Assembly (NCBI GenBank): GCA_963732945.1
Contig: CAVTBL010000017.1
Coordinates: forward strand, 187,298-251,297
Direction: 5' to 3'
Length of the DNA: 64,000 nt
Source of the DNA: an uncultured Chloroflexia bacterium
GTDB lineage: Bacteria; Chloroflexota; Dehalococcoidia; DSTF01; WHTK01
The notes beneath the pieces were generated by a model. The model saw nothing but the letters and a program-made list of their open reading frames with translations, was not told the origin of the DNA and did not search any database. Below, piece by piece: positions 9,005 through 17,188 of this stretch. Position 1 is the first letter of the stretch; each line of letters opens with the position of its first letter. Position numbers and translations under genes: made by a program.

Positions 9005-9105
9005 CATAGGCATAGGCGAGCTAGGCATAGGCGTAGGCGTAGCGTAGGTAGGTAGTATAGGCGATAGGCATAGGCATAGGCATAGGCGTAGGCATAGGCA
9101 TAGGG
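9005..9105. repeat. Hexanucleotide microsatellite (ATAGGC/GTAGGC)n, about 17 units
   Basis: Direct reading: cataggcataggcgagctaggcataggcgtaggcgtagcgtaggtaggtagtataggcgataggcataggcataggcataggcgtaggcataggcatagg. It begins 12 nt upstream of the DUF503 start codon. Confidence 0.9.
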
Positions 9106-9261
9106 CCACGATAGCTCATCGACGGGTGCGCAGCGCGAGCCCGAGCGCCGCAGTAGCACTCGACGGCATTCTTGCGGTTGCAGCGTCTGAGGTCCATCGC
9201 TTCGCCAGGACGACAGTGTACGTACCGCCAGCAGTCTGTTGCGCGGTGTTCAGGTCAACGG

Positions 9262-9301
9262 AATCCCCTCGCCCCCTGGGGAGAGGGTTAGGGTGAGGGC
9301 C
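9262..9301. repeat. Small palindromic intergenic repeat (CCCCTCGCCCC / GGGGAGAGGG arms; 'PSPPGERVRVR'-type element)
   Basis: aatcccctcgccccctggggagagggttagggtgagggcc. Related copies at 13340-13400, 13557-13615 and inside uvrC at 54196-54235. Confidence 0.6.
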
Positions 9302-9334
9302 TGCGGCGCTGCGGCTGTCTGGTTCGCCGCCTCG

Positions 9335-9985
9335 TTACTCGGCGACGGCAGCCTCTGCCGCGTCCATCTCGTCTGCTTCTGCCGCCTCGTCGAGGTCATC
9401 GTCGTCCTCGTCGTCTTCCGACAGATCGTCGATGAGGCCGGGCGCGGAGGGCAAGGTCATGTCGGGGCCAAGCGGCGGCAGGTCCGACGGCTTACCGAGG
9501 CCGAAGTGCTCGAGGAAACGTAGCGTGGTGCCCAGCAACGACGGGCGTCCCGGCCCCGGCGCACGGCCAGTGTCCTCGACCAGCCCCCGCGCGATCAGCG
9601 ACGCGATGGCGCCGTCCGAGTTGACGCCGCGCACCTGCTCGACGCCGGCGCGAGTGATCGGCTGCTTGTAGGCGATGATCGCCAGCGACTCCAGAGCGGC
9701 GCCCGAGAGGCGCTGACGGCTCTCGAGGCCCAGGAAGCGCTCGACGTAGGGTCCGGCCTCCGGCGCCGTCACGAGCTGTACCAGGTCGCCGGTACGCTGC
9801 AGGCGCGTTCCGCCCAGGATGCAACGCTGCTCCAGCTCTGTCAGCGCCGTCTCGATGTCGAGCATCTGACGCCGCAGCGCGCGCGCCAGCATCGCGACCT
9901 CGACGGGCTCTTCGGCCACGAAGAGAATGCTCTCGATGGCGGCGGGCAGGCGATCGGTTGTAAGAGCGGGGATGCGTTTGCTCAT
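9335..9985 (-). CDS. scpB: Segregation and condensation protein B
   Basis: IESILFVAEEPV ... IAYKQPITRAGVEQVRGVNSDGAIASLIARGLVE, with an acidic C-terminal tail. 4-nt overlap with the upstream gene. Confidence 0.85.
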   Translation of the reverse strand: MSKRIPALTTDRLPAAIESILFVAEEPVEVAMLARALRRQMLDIETALTELEQRCILGGTRLQRTGDLVQLVTAPEAGPYVERFLGLESRQRLSGAALESLAIIAYKQPITRAGVEQVRGVNSDGAIASLIARGLVEDTGRAPGPGRPSLLGTTLRFLEHFGLGKPSDLPPLGPDMTLPSAPGLIDDLSEDDEDDDDLDEAAEADEMDAAEAAVAE

Positions 9986-10743
9986 GCTTCGGGCGGCTTC
10001 TCCTCGGTGGGCTCGTTGTTGGTCGTCACCTCAGGCGCTTCTTCTGGCTCGGGCGGCTCCGCTACCGCGACCGCCGTCTCGGACGACACGGCCTCGGGCT
10101 GCGCCGCCGGCGCCGCGACTGGCACCGGGACGAATGGCTCCGGCGGTGGCGCAACCGGCGCCGTGTTACGGGTGGCGCGACGCTCGACGTTGCGGCCGTG
10201 CAGACGCAGCTCCCGGTAGTGCAGGTGGGCGCTAATCGGCCGTAGCAACTGAACGTGCACGCGGCTCGTCAGTACGTCCTGCGCCGTCTGACACGCCTCG
10301 TCCGTCACGGTCGCCAGGTTGGCGTCGGGGTCGACCTGCAGGTCGAGCGCAACGAGGACGCCTTTCTTCTTCGCGCGCACGCCGGCCCGCACCTCGGCAA
10401 CGTGCGGTACCTGGCACACGGCCTCTTCGATGCGCTGACCGATCGCGGCGGTAGACAGCGTGGCGTCGCCGGCGTTGACGTCGACGACCTTGACCTCGGG
10501 TCCGGACCTCGGCAGCAGTTCGATCAGCAACACGACCAGCGAGATCAGCCCCACGGCGGCGCTGATCGTGGTCAGCAGCGACTTCTCGAGGTTGCCGTCG
10601 TGATCATCGAGCCACTGCACGGCGTCGAAGAGGCTGTTGATGCTGCGATTCGGGATCGTCCATGTGAAGAAGATCAGCGCGATCGCCGCGGCGATCAGCG
10701 CCAGGCAGCCCAGGATCAGGACGACGCGGTTGAAGGTGTTCAC
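9982..10743 (-). CDS. Membrane-anchored hypothetical protein (AmaP-like topology), Pro/Glu-rich C-terminus
   Basis: N-terminal TM (VVLILGCLALIAAAIALIFF) and a second TM. Coupled by 4-nt overlaps to mtaB and scpB. Family assignment is tentative. Confidence 0.6.
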   Translation of the reverse strand: MNTFNRVVLILGCLALIAAAIALIFFTWTIPNRSINSLFDAVQWLDDHDGNLEKSLLTTISAAVGLISLVVLLIELLPRSGPEVKVVDVNAGDATLSTAAIGQRIEEAVCQVPHVAEVRAGVRAKKKGVLVALDLQVDPDANLATVTDEACQTAQDVLTSRVHVQLLRPISAHLHYRELRLHGRNVERRATRNTAPVAPPPEPFVPVPVAAPAAQPEAVSSETAVAVAEPPEPEEAPEVTTNNEPTEEKPPEA

Positions 10744-12044
10744 GCGGTCACCTCGCCGATCAGGCCGGCACCGGCCAGTGCTATGAGCCTCACTCGGAGG
10801 AGGCGGTTCGCCAGGTTGGCGTCGCTGATTGTTCGGACGCGCACGTAGGTATCGGTCAGGCCCTCCCAGACGCCATCACGCTGCGTCTCCCACAACACGT
10901 CCGTCGTGGTGCCAACGAAGCGTTCGCGGTAGGCGCGCGACATGTCCGTCGCGAGGTCGATAAGGCGATGTACGCGCTGCTTCTTAGTCGCGTCCGGCAC
11001 CTGGCCCGGCAGCCTGTACGCGACCGTACCGCTGCGCTGCGAGTACGGGAAGACGTGGACACCGGCAAACGCCATCTCCTCGCAGAACGCGAGGCACTCC
11101 TCGAACTCCGCGTCGGTCTCGCCGGGGAAGCCGACGATCACGTCGGTCGTAATCGCGACGTCCGGGACGGCGTCATGCAGGCGCTGCACGGCGGCGCGGT
11201 ACTGCGCTTTCGTATAGCGACGTCGCATGCGCTGCAGGACGGACTCGCTGCCACTCTGGAGCGCGAGGTGGAAGTGACGGCACAATCGCGGGTCGTTCCA
11301 CAGGCTCAGCAGATCGTCAGACAGGTCCTGCGGCTGCAGCGACGACATGCGAATGCGCGGGATCGAGGTCTCGTCGAGCAGCGCCTTGAGCAGGTCGTAT
11401 GGCTTGAGGTCGCCGCGGTCGCGTCCATAGGCGCCGAGCTGCGTACCGGTGATCACGATCTCCTGCACGCCCTCCGCTTCGCGCTTCAGAGCCTCTTCGA
11501 CCACCCACTCGACGCTCCTCGAGCGCTCGCGGCCGCGGGTGCGCGGGATGATGCAGAAGGCGCAGACGTCGTTGCAGCCCTCCTGCGCGGCGATGAAGGC
11601 GCGCGTCTTAAGCCGGGGGCGCGTGTCGATCGCGAAGCTCGCGTTTGTCCGCTGGATCGCGCGATCCGAAGCGTGCAAGTCGATAAGCTTGTCGGCGAGC
11701 GCGAGCTGGTCGGGCTGGCGAAAGACGAGGTCGGCGCCGAGCGCGTCGATCTGCGCCGGTTGCGCCGTCTCCAGCAGGCAGCCCGTCAACGCCACGGTCG
11801 CGTTGGGGGCAACGCGGCGCGCCACACGCACGAGGTGCCGCGACTTCTGGTCGGCAACGTGGGTGACGGAGCAGCTGTTGACGATCACGGCTTCGGCGTC
11901 CGTCGCGCGATCGACGACGTTCCAGCCGGCGGCGCGCAGGCGCCGTGTCATGGCCTCGGAGTCTGCGATGTTCAGCTTGCAGCCGAGAGTAAGGATGGCG
12001 GCGGTGGCGGGGCGCGCGCTTTCAGACATAAGCAGAGCCTTCAA
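10740..12044 (-). CDS. mtaB: MiaB-family radical SAM methylthiotransferase, MtaB-like
   Basis: N-terminal TLGCKLNIADSE (UPF0004 domain), radical SAM CNDVCAFCIIP, and a C-terminal TRAM-like region. Confidence 0.8.
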   Translation of the reverse strand: MKALLMSESARPATAAILTLGCKLNIADSEAMTRRLRAAGWNVVDRATDAEAVIVNSCSVTHVADQKSRHLVRVARRVAPNATVALTGCLLETAQPAQIDALGADLVFRQPDQLALADKLIDLHASDRAIQRTNASFAIDTRPRLKTRAFIAAQEGCNDVCAFCIIPRTRGRERSRSVEWVVEEALKREAEGVQEIVITGTQLGAYGRDRGDLKPYDLLKALLDETSIPRIRMSSLQPQDLSDDLLSLWNDPRLCRHFHLALQSGSESVLQRMRRRYTKAQYRAAVQRLHDAVPDVAITTDVIVGFPGETDAEFEECLAFCEEMAFAGVHVFPYSQRSGTVAYRLPGQVPDATKKQRVHRLIDLATDMSRAYRERFVGTTTDVLWETQRDGVWEGLTDTYVRVRTISDANLANRLLRVRLIALAGAGLIGEVTA

Positions 12045-12081
12045 GGGCCATCATAAAGAAAGCAAGGCGGGTGTCAAACGA

Positions 12082-12175
12082 GCACAGAGTAACGAGTAGA
12101 CAGTGCAGAGGCTCGTTCGTGTCGGTTAGAGACGAACCGCGATAATGCGCTCTGTGCTCTGCACTCCATACTCGT
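12082..12175. repeat. Intergenic inverted-repeat element of the GAGTGCAGAG / CTCTGCACTC family
   Basis: cgagtagacagtgcagag (12093-12110) versus ctctgcactccatactcg (12157-12174), plus gcacagag / ctctgtgc. Its right end is near-identical to the element at 35612-35716. Confidence 0.6.
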
Positions 12176-12259
12176 CACCTCGCTGCGCGAAATAAACGAT
12201 CCTTGGTCGTTACATGCGGCGAACCTATACTTAGCGGGATTGAGGATGATTAAACTTCT

Positions 12260-13282
12260 TTGGCGCTAGCCGTCGCGCTCGTACTCCTGTCCCTTGTAAT
12301 AATCCTCGTTGCCGCTGAGCTGTTTACCAATGCCATCGAGTGGTTCGGCCACCGGCTAGGTTTGGCCGAAGGCGCCGTGGGAAGCGTCCTCGCGGCCATC
12401 GGTACCGCGCTGCCCGAGACGATGATCCCGATCATTGCGATCCTGTTCGTCGGTTCGGCCGATGCGCACGAGATCGGCATCGGCGCCATCCTCGGCGCCC
12501 CCTTCTTGCTCTCTACCGCCGCGTTCGCCGTAACCGGCCTCGGCGTGCTCGCGTTCGCCGGCCGGCGCACCGCGGGCACCGACATGCGCCTCGATGCCCA
12601 GGTCATCCGCCGCGACATCGGCTTCTTCTTCATCGTCTACCTGTTCGCAATCGCCGCGAGCTTCATCCCCTGGCACACCGGCAAGCACCTCATCGTCTTT
12701 ATTCTGTTGGCGCTGTACGGCTTCTACCTCTACCGCACCTTTAGCGACGAAGGCCCGGGCGGCATGGAGTCAGAGGAGGAGCTGGGCAGTCTGCAGTTCC
12801 ACCGGCTGATCGGTGGCTCCGGCTCGCCCTCGACCCTCATCATCGTGGTGCAGCTCGTGGTTGCGCTGGCGATGATCGTCGGCGGCGCGCAGCTGTTCGT
12901 GAAGAACCTCGAGACCGTCTCGCACAACCTGGGCGTTCCGGCGCTGGCGCTGGCGCTGATCATCGCGCCCCTGGCGACCGAGCTGCCGGAGAAGTTCAAC
13001 AGCATCATCTGGGTGCGCCAGGGCAAGGACACGCTGGCCATGGGCAACATCTCCGGCGCCATGGTGTTTCAGAGCTGCATCCCCGTAAGCGTCGGTGTTG
13101 CGTTCACGGACTGGAAGCTGACGCAAGAGGCGCTGGTCTCGGCCGCCATCGCCCTGATCTCGACAGGCATCGTTTACATGTCGATTCGCTCGCGGGGCTA
13201 TCTCAGCGCCCACGTCCTGGCGCGCGCCGGTCTGTTCTGGGTCGGCTTCGTAGCCTACGTGATCATCAAGATCAGCCTCTGA
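12260..13282 (+). CDS. Sodium/calcium exchanger (CaCA, YrbG-like) membrane protein
   Basis: Two alpha-repeat motifs (GSVLAAIGTALPE and APLATELPEKF) in a protein of about 10 TM. The start codon (TTG) is uncertain. Confidence 0.8.
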   Translation: MALAVALVLLSLVIILVAAELFTNAIEWFGHRLGLAEGAVGSVLAAIGTALPETMIPIIAILFVGSADAHEIGIGAILGAPFLLSTAAFAVTGLGVLAFAGRRTAGTDMRLDAQVIRRDIGFFFIVYLFAIAASFIPWHTGKHLIVFILLALYGFYLYRTFSDEGPGGMESEEELGSLQFHRLIGGSGSPSTLIIVVQLVVALAMIVGGAQLFVKNLETVSHNLGVPALALALIIAPLATELPEKFNSIIWVRQGKDTLAMGNISGAMVFQSCIPVSVGVAFTDWKLTQEALVSAAIALISTGIVYMSIRSRGYLSAHVLARAGLFWVGFVAYVIIKISL

Positions 13283-13339
13283 GTTTCGAGTACGACTCGA
13301 TCGTGGGGGGACGAGGGCTGATCCAATCCCCTCACGACG

Positions 13340-13400
13340 TCGTCCCACGCTGGACCGTCGTCTGAATCATGCCTCTCCCCCGGGAGGAGGGTCGATGGTG
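13340..13400. repeat. Copy 1 of a ~45-60 nt intergenic repeat (CGTCTGAATCAYGCCTCTCCC...GATGG)
   Basis: ccgtcgtctgaatcatgcctctcccccgggaggagggtcgatgg. Shares about 20 identical nt with the copy at 13557-13615 and contains a CCTCTCCC/GGGAGGAGG hairpin. Confidence 0.5.
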
Positions 13401-13556
13401 CCCAGTGGCCCGAACGGGCGATTGCCGACCCGCTCGTCCAGAGGCTCTCGAACGATGAGCGCCCTCGGCGTCAGAGGCGGTCCGACGCCAGTTCGCCCCA
13501 GCGTGAGAGGCAGCGTGAGCGCGCGTTGCAGCGCTCGTAGCGTCAGCCCTCGCCGC

Positions 13557-13615
13557 GTTGGCGAACGACGTCACGCCGTCTGAATCACGCCTCTCCCAAG
13601 AAGGGGCGATGGGCG
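13557..13615. repeat. Copy 2 of the same intergenic repeat
   Basis: gccgtctgaatcacgcctctcccaagaaggggcgatggg. Direct orientation relative to copy 1, about 215 nt away. Confidence 0.5.
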
Positions 13616-13681
13616 TCCGTCGACGCCGGGATCGACTGGTTGCGGGCTCGCAATATGTGGGCGCCGAACAGACGGTGCGCC

Positions 13682-14542
13682 TCAGCGCTGCTCGACAATT
13701 ACCTCGTGGTCGCCCGACTCGTGGTGGCCTTCCGGGTGCGGGTGAGCGTGCTCGATCGTCGCGTGGCGGTGCAGGTGCTCGTGGATCAGGTTGGCGTCGA
13801 CCAGCAGCTGCTGATGCGCCAGCACCTCCTGCGGCGTCCCGTCCGCCAGCACACGGCGATTCTCTCCCAGCACGACGACCCGCTCGGCGATCAGCGGCAC
13901 GACCTCGAGCTCGTGCGTCGCGGTGACGATCGTCTTGCCCTCGGCGCCCATCTCCTGGATCAGGCTGAGCAGCACCCACTTGGTGCGCGGGTCCAGGCTG
14001 GCGGTCGGCTCGTCCAGCAGGATCACGTCCGGCTGCAACGACAGCACCGAGGCAATGGCGGCGCGCTTCTTCTCGCCGCCCGAGAGCTCGAACGGCGCGC
14101 GGTCGCGCAGGTGCATGATGCCCATCTGCTCCAGCGCCGCCTCGACGCGCTCGCGCACCTCGCGCAGCGGCAGGTCCAGCTGCAGCGGCCCGAACGCAAC
14201 GTCGTCACCGACGGTAGGCGAGAACAGCTGCACGTCCGGGTCCTGGAACACGAGCCCGATACGCCGGTGGAAACGGTGCGATGCCTCGGCGTCGGTCTCG
14301 ATGTTCTGCACCGCCTCGCCGAACACCTTGAGCGAGCCTCCCGATGGCATGTACAGGCCATCGAGCAGCTTGAGCAGGGTCGACTTGCCGGAGCCGTTGG
14401 CGCCGAGCAGCGCGACCTTCTCGCCCTCGCGAATCGTCAGGTCGATGCCGTCGAGCGCGACGTGGCCGCGTCCGTACTGAAACGCGAGGCCTTCGAGCTC
14501 GAAGACTGGTTTGTGGTTGCCGTTAGCTGAGTTCAAAACCAC
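13682..14542 (-). CDS. cbiO: ECF transporter ATPase component (CbiO-like) with His-rich C-terminal tail
   Basis: Walker A GANGSGKST, signature LSGGEKKR and Walker B ILLDEP. Start set at the GTG overlapping the cbiQ stop, because the longer track ORF has an Arg-rich off-gene extension. Tail is HEHLHRHATIEHAHPHPEGHHESGDHE. Confidence 0.85.
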   Translation of the reverse strand: MVLNSANGNHKPVFELEGLAFQYGRGHVALDGIDLTIREGEKVALLGANGSGKSTLLKLLDGLYMPSGGSLKVFGEAVQNIETDAEASHRFHRRIGLVFQDPDVQLFSPTVGDDVAFGPLQLDLPLREVRERVEAALEQMGIMHLRDRAPFELSGGEKKRAAIASVLSLQPDVILLDEPTASLDPRTKWVLLSLIQEMGAEGKTIVTATHELEVVPLIAERVVVLGENRRVLADGTPQEVLAHQQLLVDANLIHEHLHRHATIEHAHPHPEGHHESGDHEVIVEQR

Positions 14543-15408
14543 GACTTTCCAGCGTAAACGGCCAAAACCGACACGGCCGCCGCGCCGGCCAGCATCAGCC
14601 AGTCGAGCGCCAGCATGCGGTAGTCGGTCATGCCGCGCACTTCGTTGTTGAAACCACGTGCCACCATCGCCATGTAGACGTCCTCGCTCATACGGAACGA
14701 GCGGTTCATCAGCACGCCGATCGCCGCGACGATCCACCAGCGCTGCTCTTTGCCCGATGTGCTCGCGACCATGCGGCTCTTGCGCGCCAGGAACATGCCC
14801 GTCGCCGTGTGCAGCAGCAGGAAGACGTAGCGATAGGTCATCGACAGCACCAGGATGAACACGGTGGGCACGTGCAGCACCCGCAGCGACTTGAGGATGT
14901 CGGCCCAACGCGTCGTCAGGATCAGCAGGATCGCCAGCGATACAGAGGCAGCGACGCGCAGCACGAAGATCCCGGCGGCCGCCAGGCCGTCCGTGTGTAC
15001 ATGCAGCGTCAGCACGCCCAGAGGCACCGAGAACAGGTCGTGATGCCCTACGAGGAAGATCGACGGGAACACGACGATGGCGCTGAACAGGCCCATGCCC
15101 AGCCAGACGCGCTTCACGTACGGCAGCATGTCGATCTTAGAAACTGCGGCCAGGAGCAGCGTCAGAACGTAGAGCGCGCCCAGCACCTGCCAGTCGCGCG
15201 ATACCGCGACCGCCGTGACCAGAACGATGAACCCGAGAATCTTGGCCCGCGGGTCGCGGCGCTGCAGCCAGCCGTCGCGGCGCGCGTTCTCCTCCGAGAA
15301 CACGGCCTGCTCGATGCCGCTGGTGATACCGGCCAGCGTCTTCTCGACGAAGCCGGGCTTCATCGGCTTCGCCCGCTGCGTCTTCAGAGCTACAGCTTCG
15401 ACACTCAT
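14533..15408 (-). CDS. cbiQ: ECF transporter transmembrane (T) component, CbiQ-like
   Basis: Start taken at the internal ATG (MSVEAVALK...), 6 nt downstream of the cbiM stop codon. Polytopic protein with a CbiQ-type ARG..ER region (MVARGF). Confidence 0.8.
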   Translation of the reverse strand: MSVEAVALKTQRAKPMKPGFVEKTLAGITSGIEQAVFSEENARRDGWLQRRDPRAKILGFIVLVTAVAVSRDWQVLGALYVLTLLLAAVSKIDMLPYVKRVWLGMGLFSAIVVFPSIFLVGHHDLFSVPLGVLTLHVHTDGLAAAGIFVLRVAASVSLAILLILTTRWADILKSLRVLHVPTVFILVLSMTYRYVFLLLHTATGMFLARKSRMVASTSGKEQRWWIVAAIGVLMNRSFRMSEDVYMAMVARGFNNEVRGMTDYRMLALDWLMLAGAAAVSVLAVYAGKSWF

Positions 15409-15416
15409 AGCCTCAC

Positions 15417-16751
15417 CTACGCCGTTCGCCAGTCCGGCGGCGCCTGAGGCACCAGCCAGCGGCCGAACAGATACAAACCGTAACTCAGCAGACCGAGGAT
15501 GCCTACGCCGACCAGCCCTGCTATTTGATAACCTATGTTCTGCTGCCACGCTGGGTCGGTGCTGCTGACCCACGGCGGCTGATAGCCGGCGAGCAGCGTG
15601 TGGCCGGAGAACGTTACCGAATTGAGCTTCACCGGCACGCAGGCGCACTCCTGGTTCACGTCAGGCAGCGCCCTGAACAGCGACGGATCGCCGGCGTTAC
15701 GCGCCGCAACGGCAGCGTCGATCTCCTGCTGTGTCGCCGAGGTGTCCTCGCCGAAAGCGCCACCGGGCGCAATCAGGCCGATCGGCACCCAGATCATCAG
15801 CGCCAGGAAGACCATCACCGCGACACGAGCGCCGCGGGCGCGGCGCAGCAGGTAGTAGGTGATCGGCAGCACCACCACCGAAACGATGGCGGAGACGAGC
15901 GCCGTTGCACCGGCATCGTTCCAGCTCACGCTGTTCCAGTTGAGGCCGCCCCAATCGGCGATGTGACCGTTGCCCTTGATCAGGCCGGCGATGAACACGA
16001 ACGCCATCGCGAAGGCGCAAAACGCGCCGGCGGGCAGCCAGGGGTTGACCGCGCGACCGGGCGTCGCTGTCGTCGTCTTCTGATTGCGCGTCAGGATCTC
16101 CGGGAACGAGCGCTGCAGATAACCGACCGCCAGCGCCGAAATTGCCGCCTCGACGAACGAGGCGCCGGCCATGTGTGCCAGCAGCATCGAAGGGATGGCG
16201 GTGCTGAAGCCGTAGGGGCTGTAGTCCGGCACACCGTTCGTGCTCCAGAGGTGCGGCTGTATGCCGAGCTCGATACCCACGAAGAGGGCAGCCACCGATA
16301 TGCCGATGTACGAACCGATCGCCGCCGCGATCACGCGTCGCTGAGAGAGCATGTCGCTATCGCCGGCCAGCAGCCGGTACGAGAAGTAGCCGACGAACGG
16401 CAGCACGATCGCCATGTTGAAGCAATTGGCGCCGATCGCTGTGATGCCGCCGTCACCGAAGAACAGGGCCTGGAGTATCAGCGCCACCGAGGTCGTGATC
16501 ACCGCGGCCCACGGTCCCAGGACGATCGCCGTCAAGGTGCCGCCGACGCCGTGCGCCGTGGTGCCGCCGGGCACGGGCACGTTAAACATCATGATCGCGA
16601 ACGTGAACGCAGCGAAGATCGAGAGCAGGGGCACGGTACGTCCGGTGAGTACGCGCCGCACCTTGCTCGCCGCGATTACCCAGAAGGGCGTCGCAGTGAG
16701 ATACAACACACCGCAGGTGGCCGGCGATATGTACCCGTCCGGTATGTGCAT
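15417..16751 (-). CDS. cbiM: Co/Ni ECF substrate-capture component CbiM fused to a CbiN/PDGLE-like C-terminal extension
   Basis: Hallmark N-terminus MHIPDGY. 444 aa is roughly twice the size of a stand-alone CbiM, with additional TM segments and a soluble loop at the C-terminus. Confidence 0.85.
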   Translation of the reverse strand: MHIPDGYISPATCGVLYLTATPFWVIAASKVRRVLTGRTVPLLSIFAAFTFAIMMFNVPVPGGTTAHGVGGTLTAIVLGPWAAVITTSVALILQALFFGDGGITAIGANCFNMAIVLPFVGYFSYRLLAGDSDMLSQRRVIAAAIGSYIGISVAALFVGIELGIQPHLWSTNGVPDYSPYGFSTAIPSMLLAHMAGASFVEAAISALAVGYLQRSFPEILTRNQKTTTATPGRAVNPWLPAGAFCAFAMAFVFIAGLIKGNGHIADWGGLNWNSVSWNDAGATALVSAIVSVVVLPITYYLLRRARGARVAVMVFLALMIWVPIGLIAPGGAFGEDTSATQQEIDAAVAARNAGDPSLFRALPDVNQECACVPVKLNSVTFSGHTLLAGYQPPWVSSTDPAWQQNIGYQIAGLVGVGILGLLSYGLYLFGRWLVPQAPPDWRTA

Positions 16752-16965
16752 CGCTTATCTCCCGGTCTCGCACGAAGCTCGACTCTCATGGATCCGCTCC
16801 GGAACGCCTCCCGGATCGCTCGCACGATGGTCAGAGCGAAATTCTTTCCGCTGCGTCACGCTGCGGCTGGGGAACAGGTGACTCTGGTTGTAAATGCAAC
16901 CAGTTGCATCTAGGCCCGAGTATAGATGCCCCGGCCGAGGTTAGCAAGGCGGTTATACTGCCCGG

Positions 16966-17188
16966 GATGCGACGTTACGGAGTCTGGGCCGTCTCGGCCG
17001 CGATGGCGGTTGCGTTCTACTTCATCGGCAAAGCGATCGGCGTGCCGGAGTGGCTCAACCTGCTCGTCATCCTTATCGGCGCCATAATCGGCACGGCGCT
17101 GGGCAGCCTTGCTATGCAGCGTCTACTGGGCCCGCCTGAGTCGCAGACGCCTCCTCCGAGTCGAGGAAGCGGAAGAAAAGCAAAGTAA
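16966..17188 (+). CDS. Possible small two-TM membrane protein (73 aa)
   Basis: MRRYGVWAVSAAMAVAFYFIGKAIGVPEWLNLLVILIGAIIGTALGSLAM... with GC-rich third positions. Overlaps the 3' end of ctaG by 77 nt in convergent orientation, so it is uncertain. Confidence 0.35.

Noticed and set aside
9005-9105. CRISPR-like regular repeats
   Set aside because: The unit length is 6 nt with no spacers, and no cas genes lie nearby. It is a microsatellite, not a CRISPR array.
13332-13979. 215-aa Arg/Ala/Gly-rich ORF spanning the gap and the cbiO 3' end
   Set aside because: Its composition is non-protein-like and it overlaps cbiO in antisense. The gap is better described by its repeats.
16752-16965. Possible cobalamin riboswitch in the leader of the cbiM-cbiQ-cbiO operon
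   Set aside because: The minus-strand leader lacks the GGGAA..GGUG..AA.CC core, the CCACUG element and a convincing B12 box; it shows only a weak GAGACCGGG. A GGGGAACAGGTG string exists, but on the wrong (plus) strand, and it does not continue into the consensus. Only two simple 7-bp hairpins are evident. A covariance-model search would settle it.
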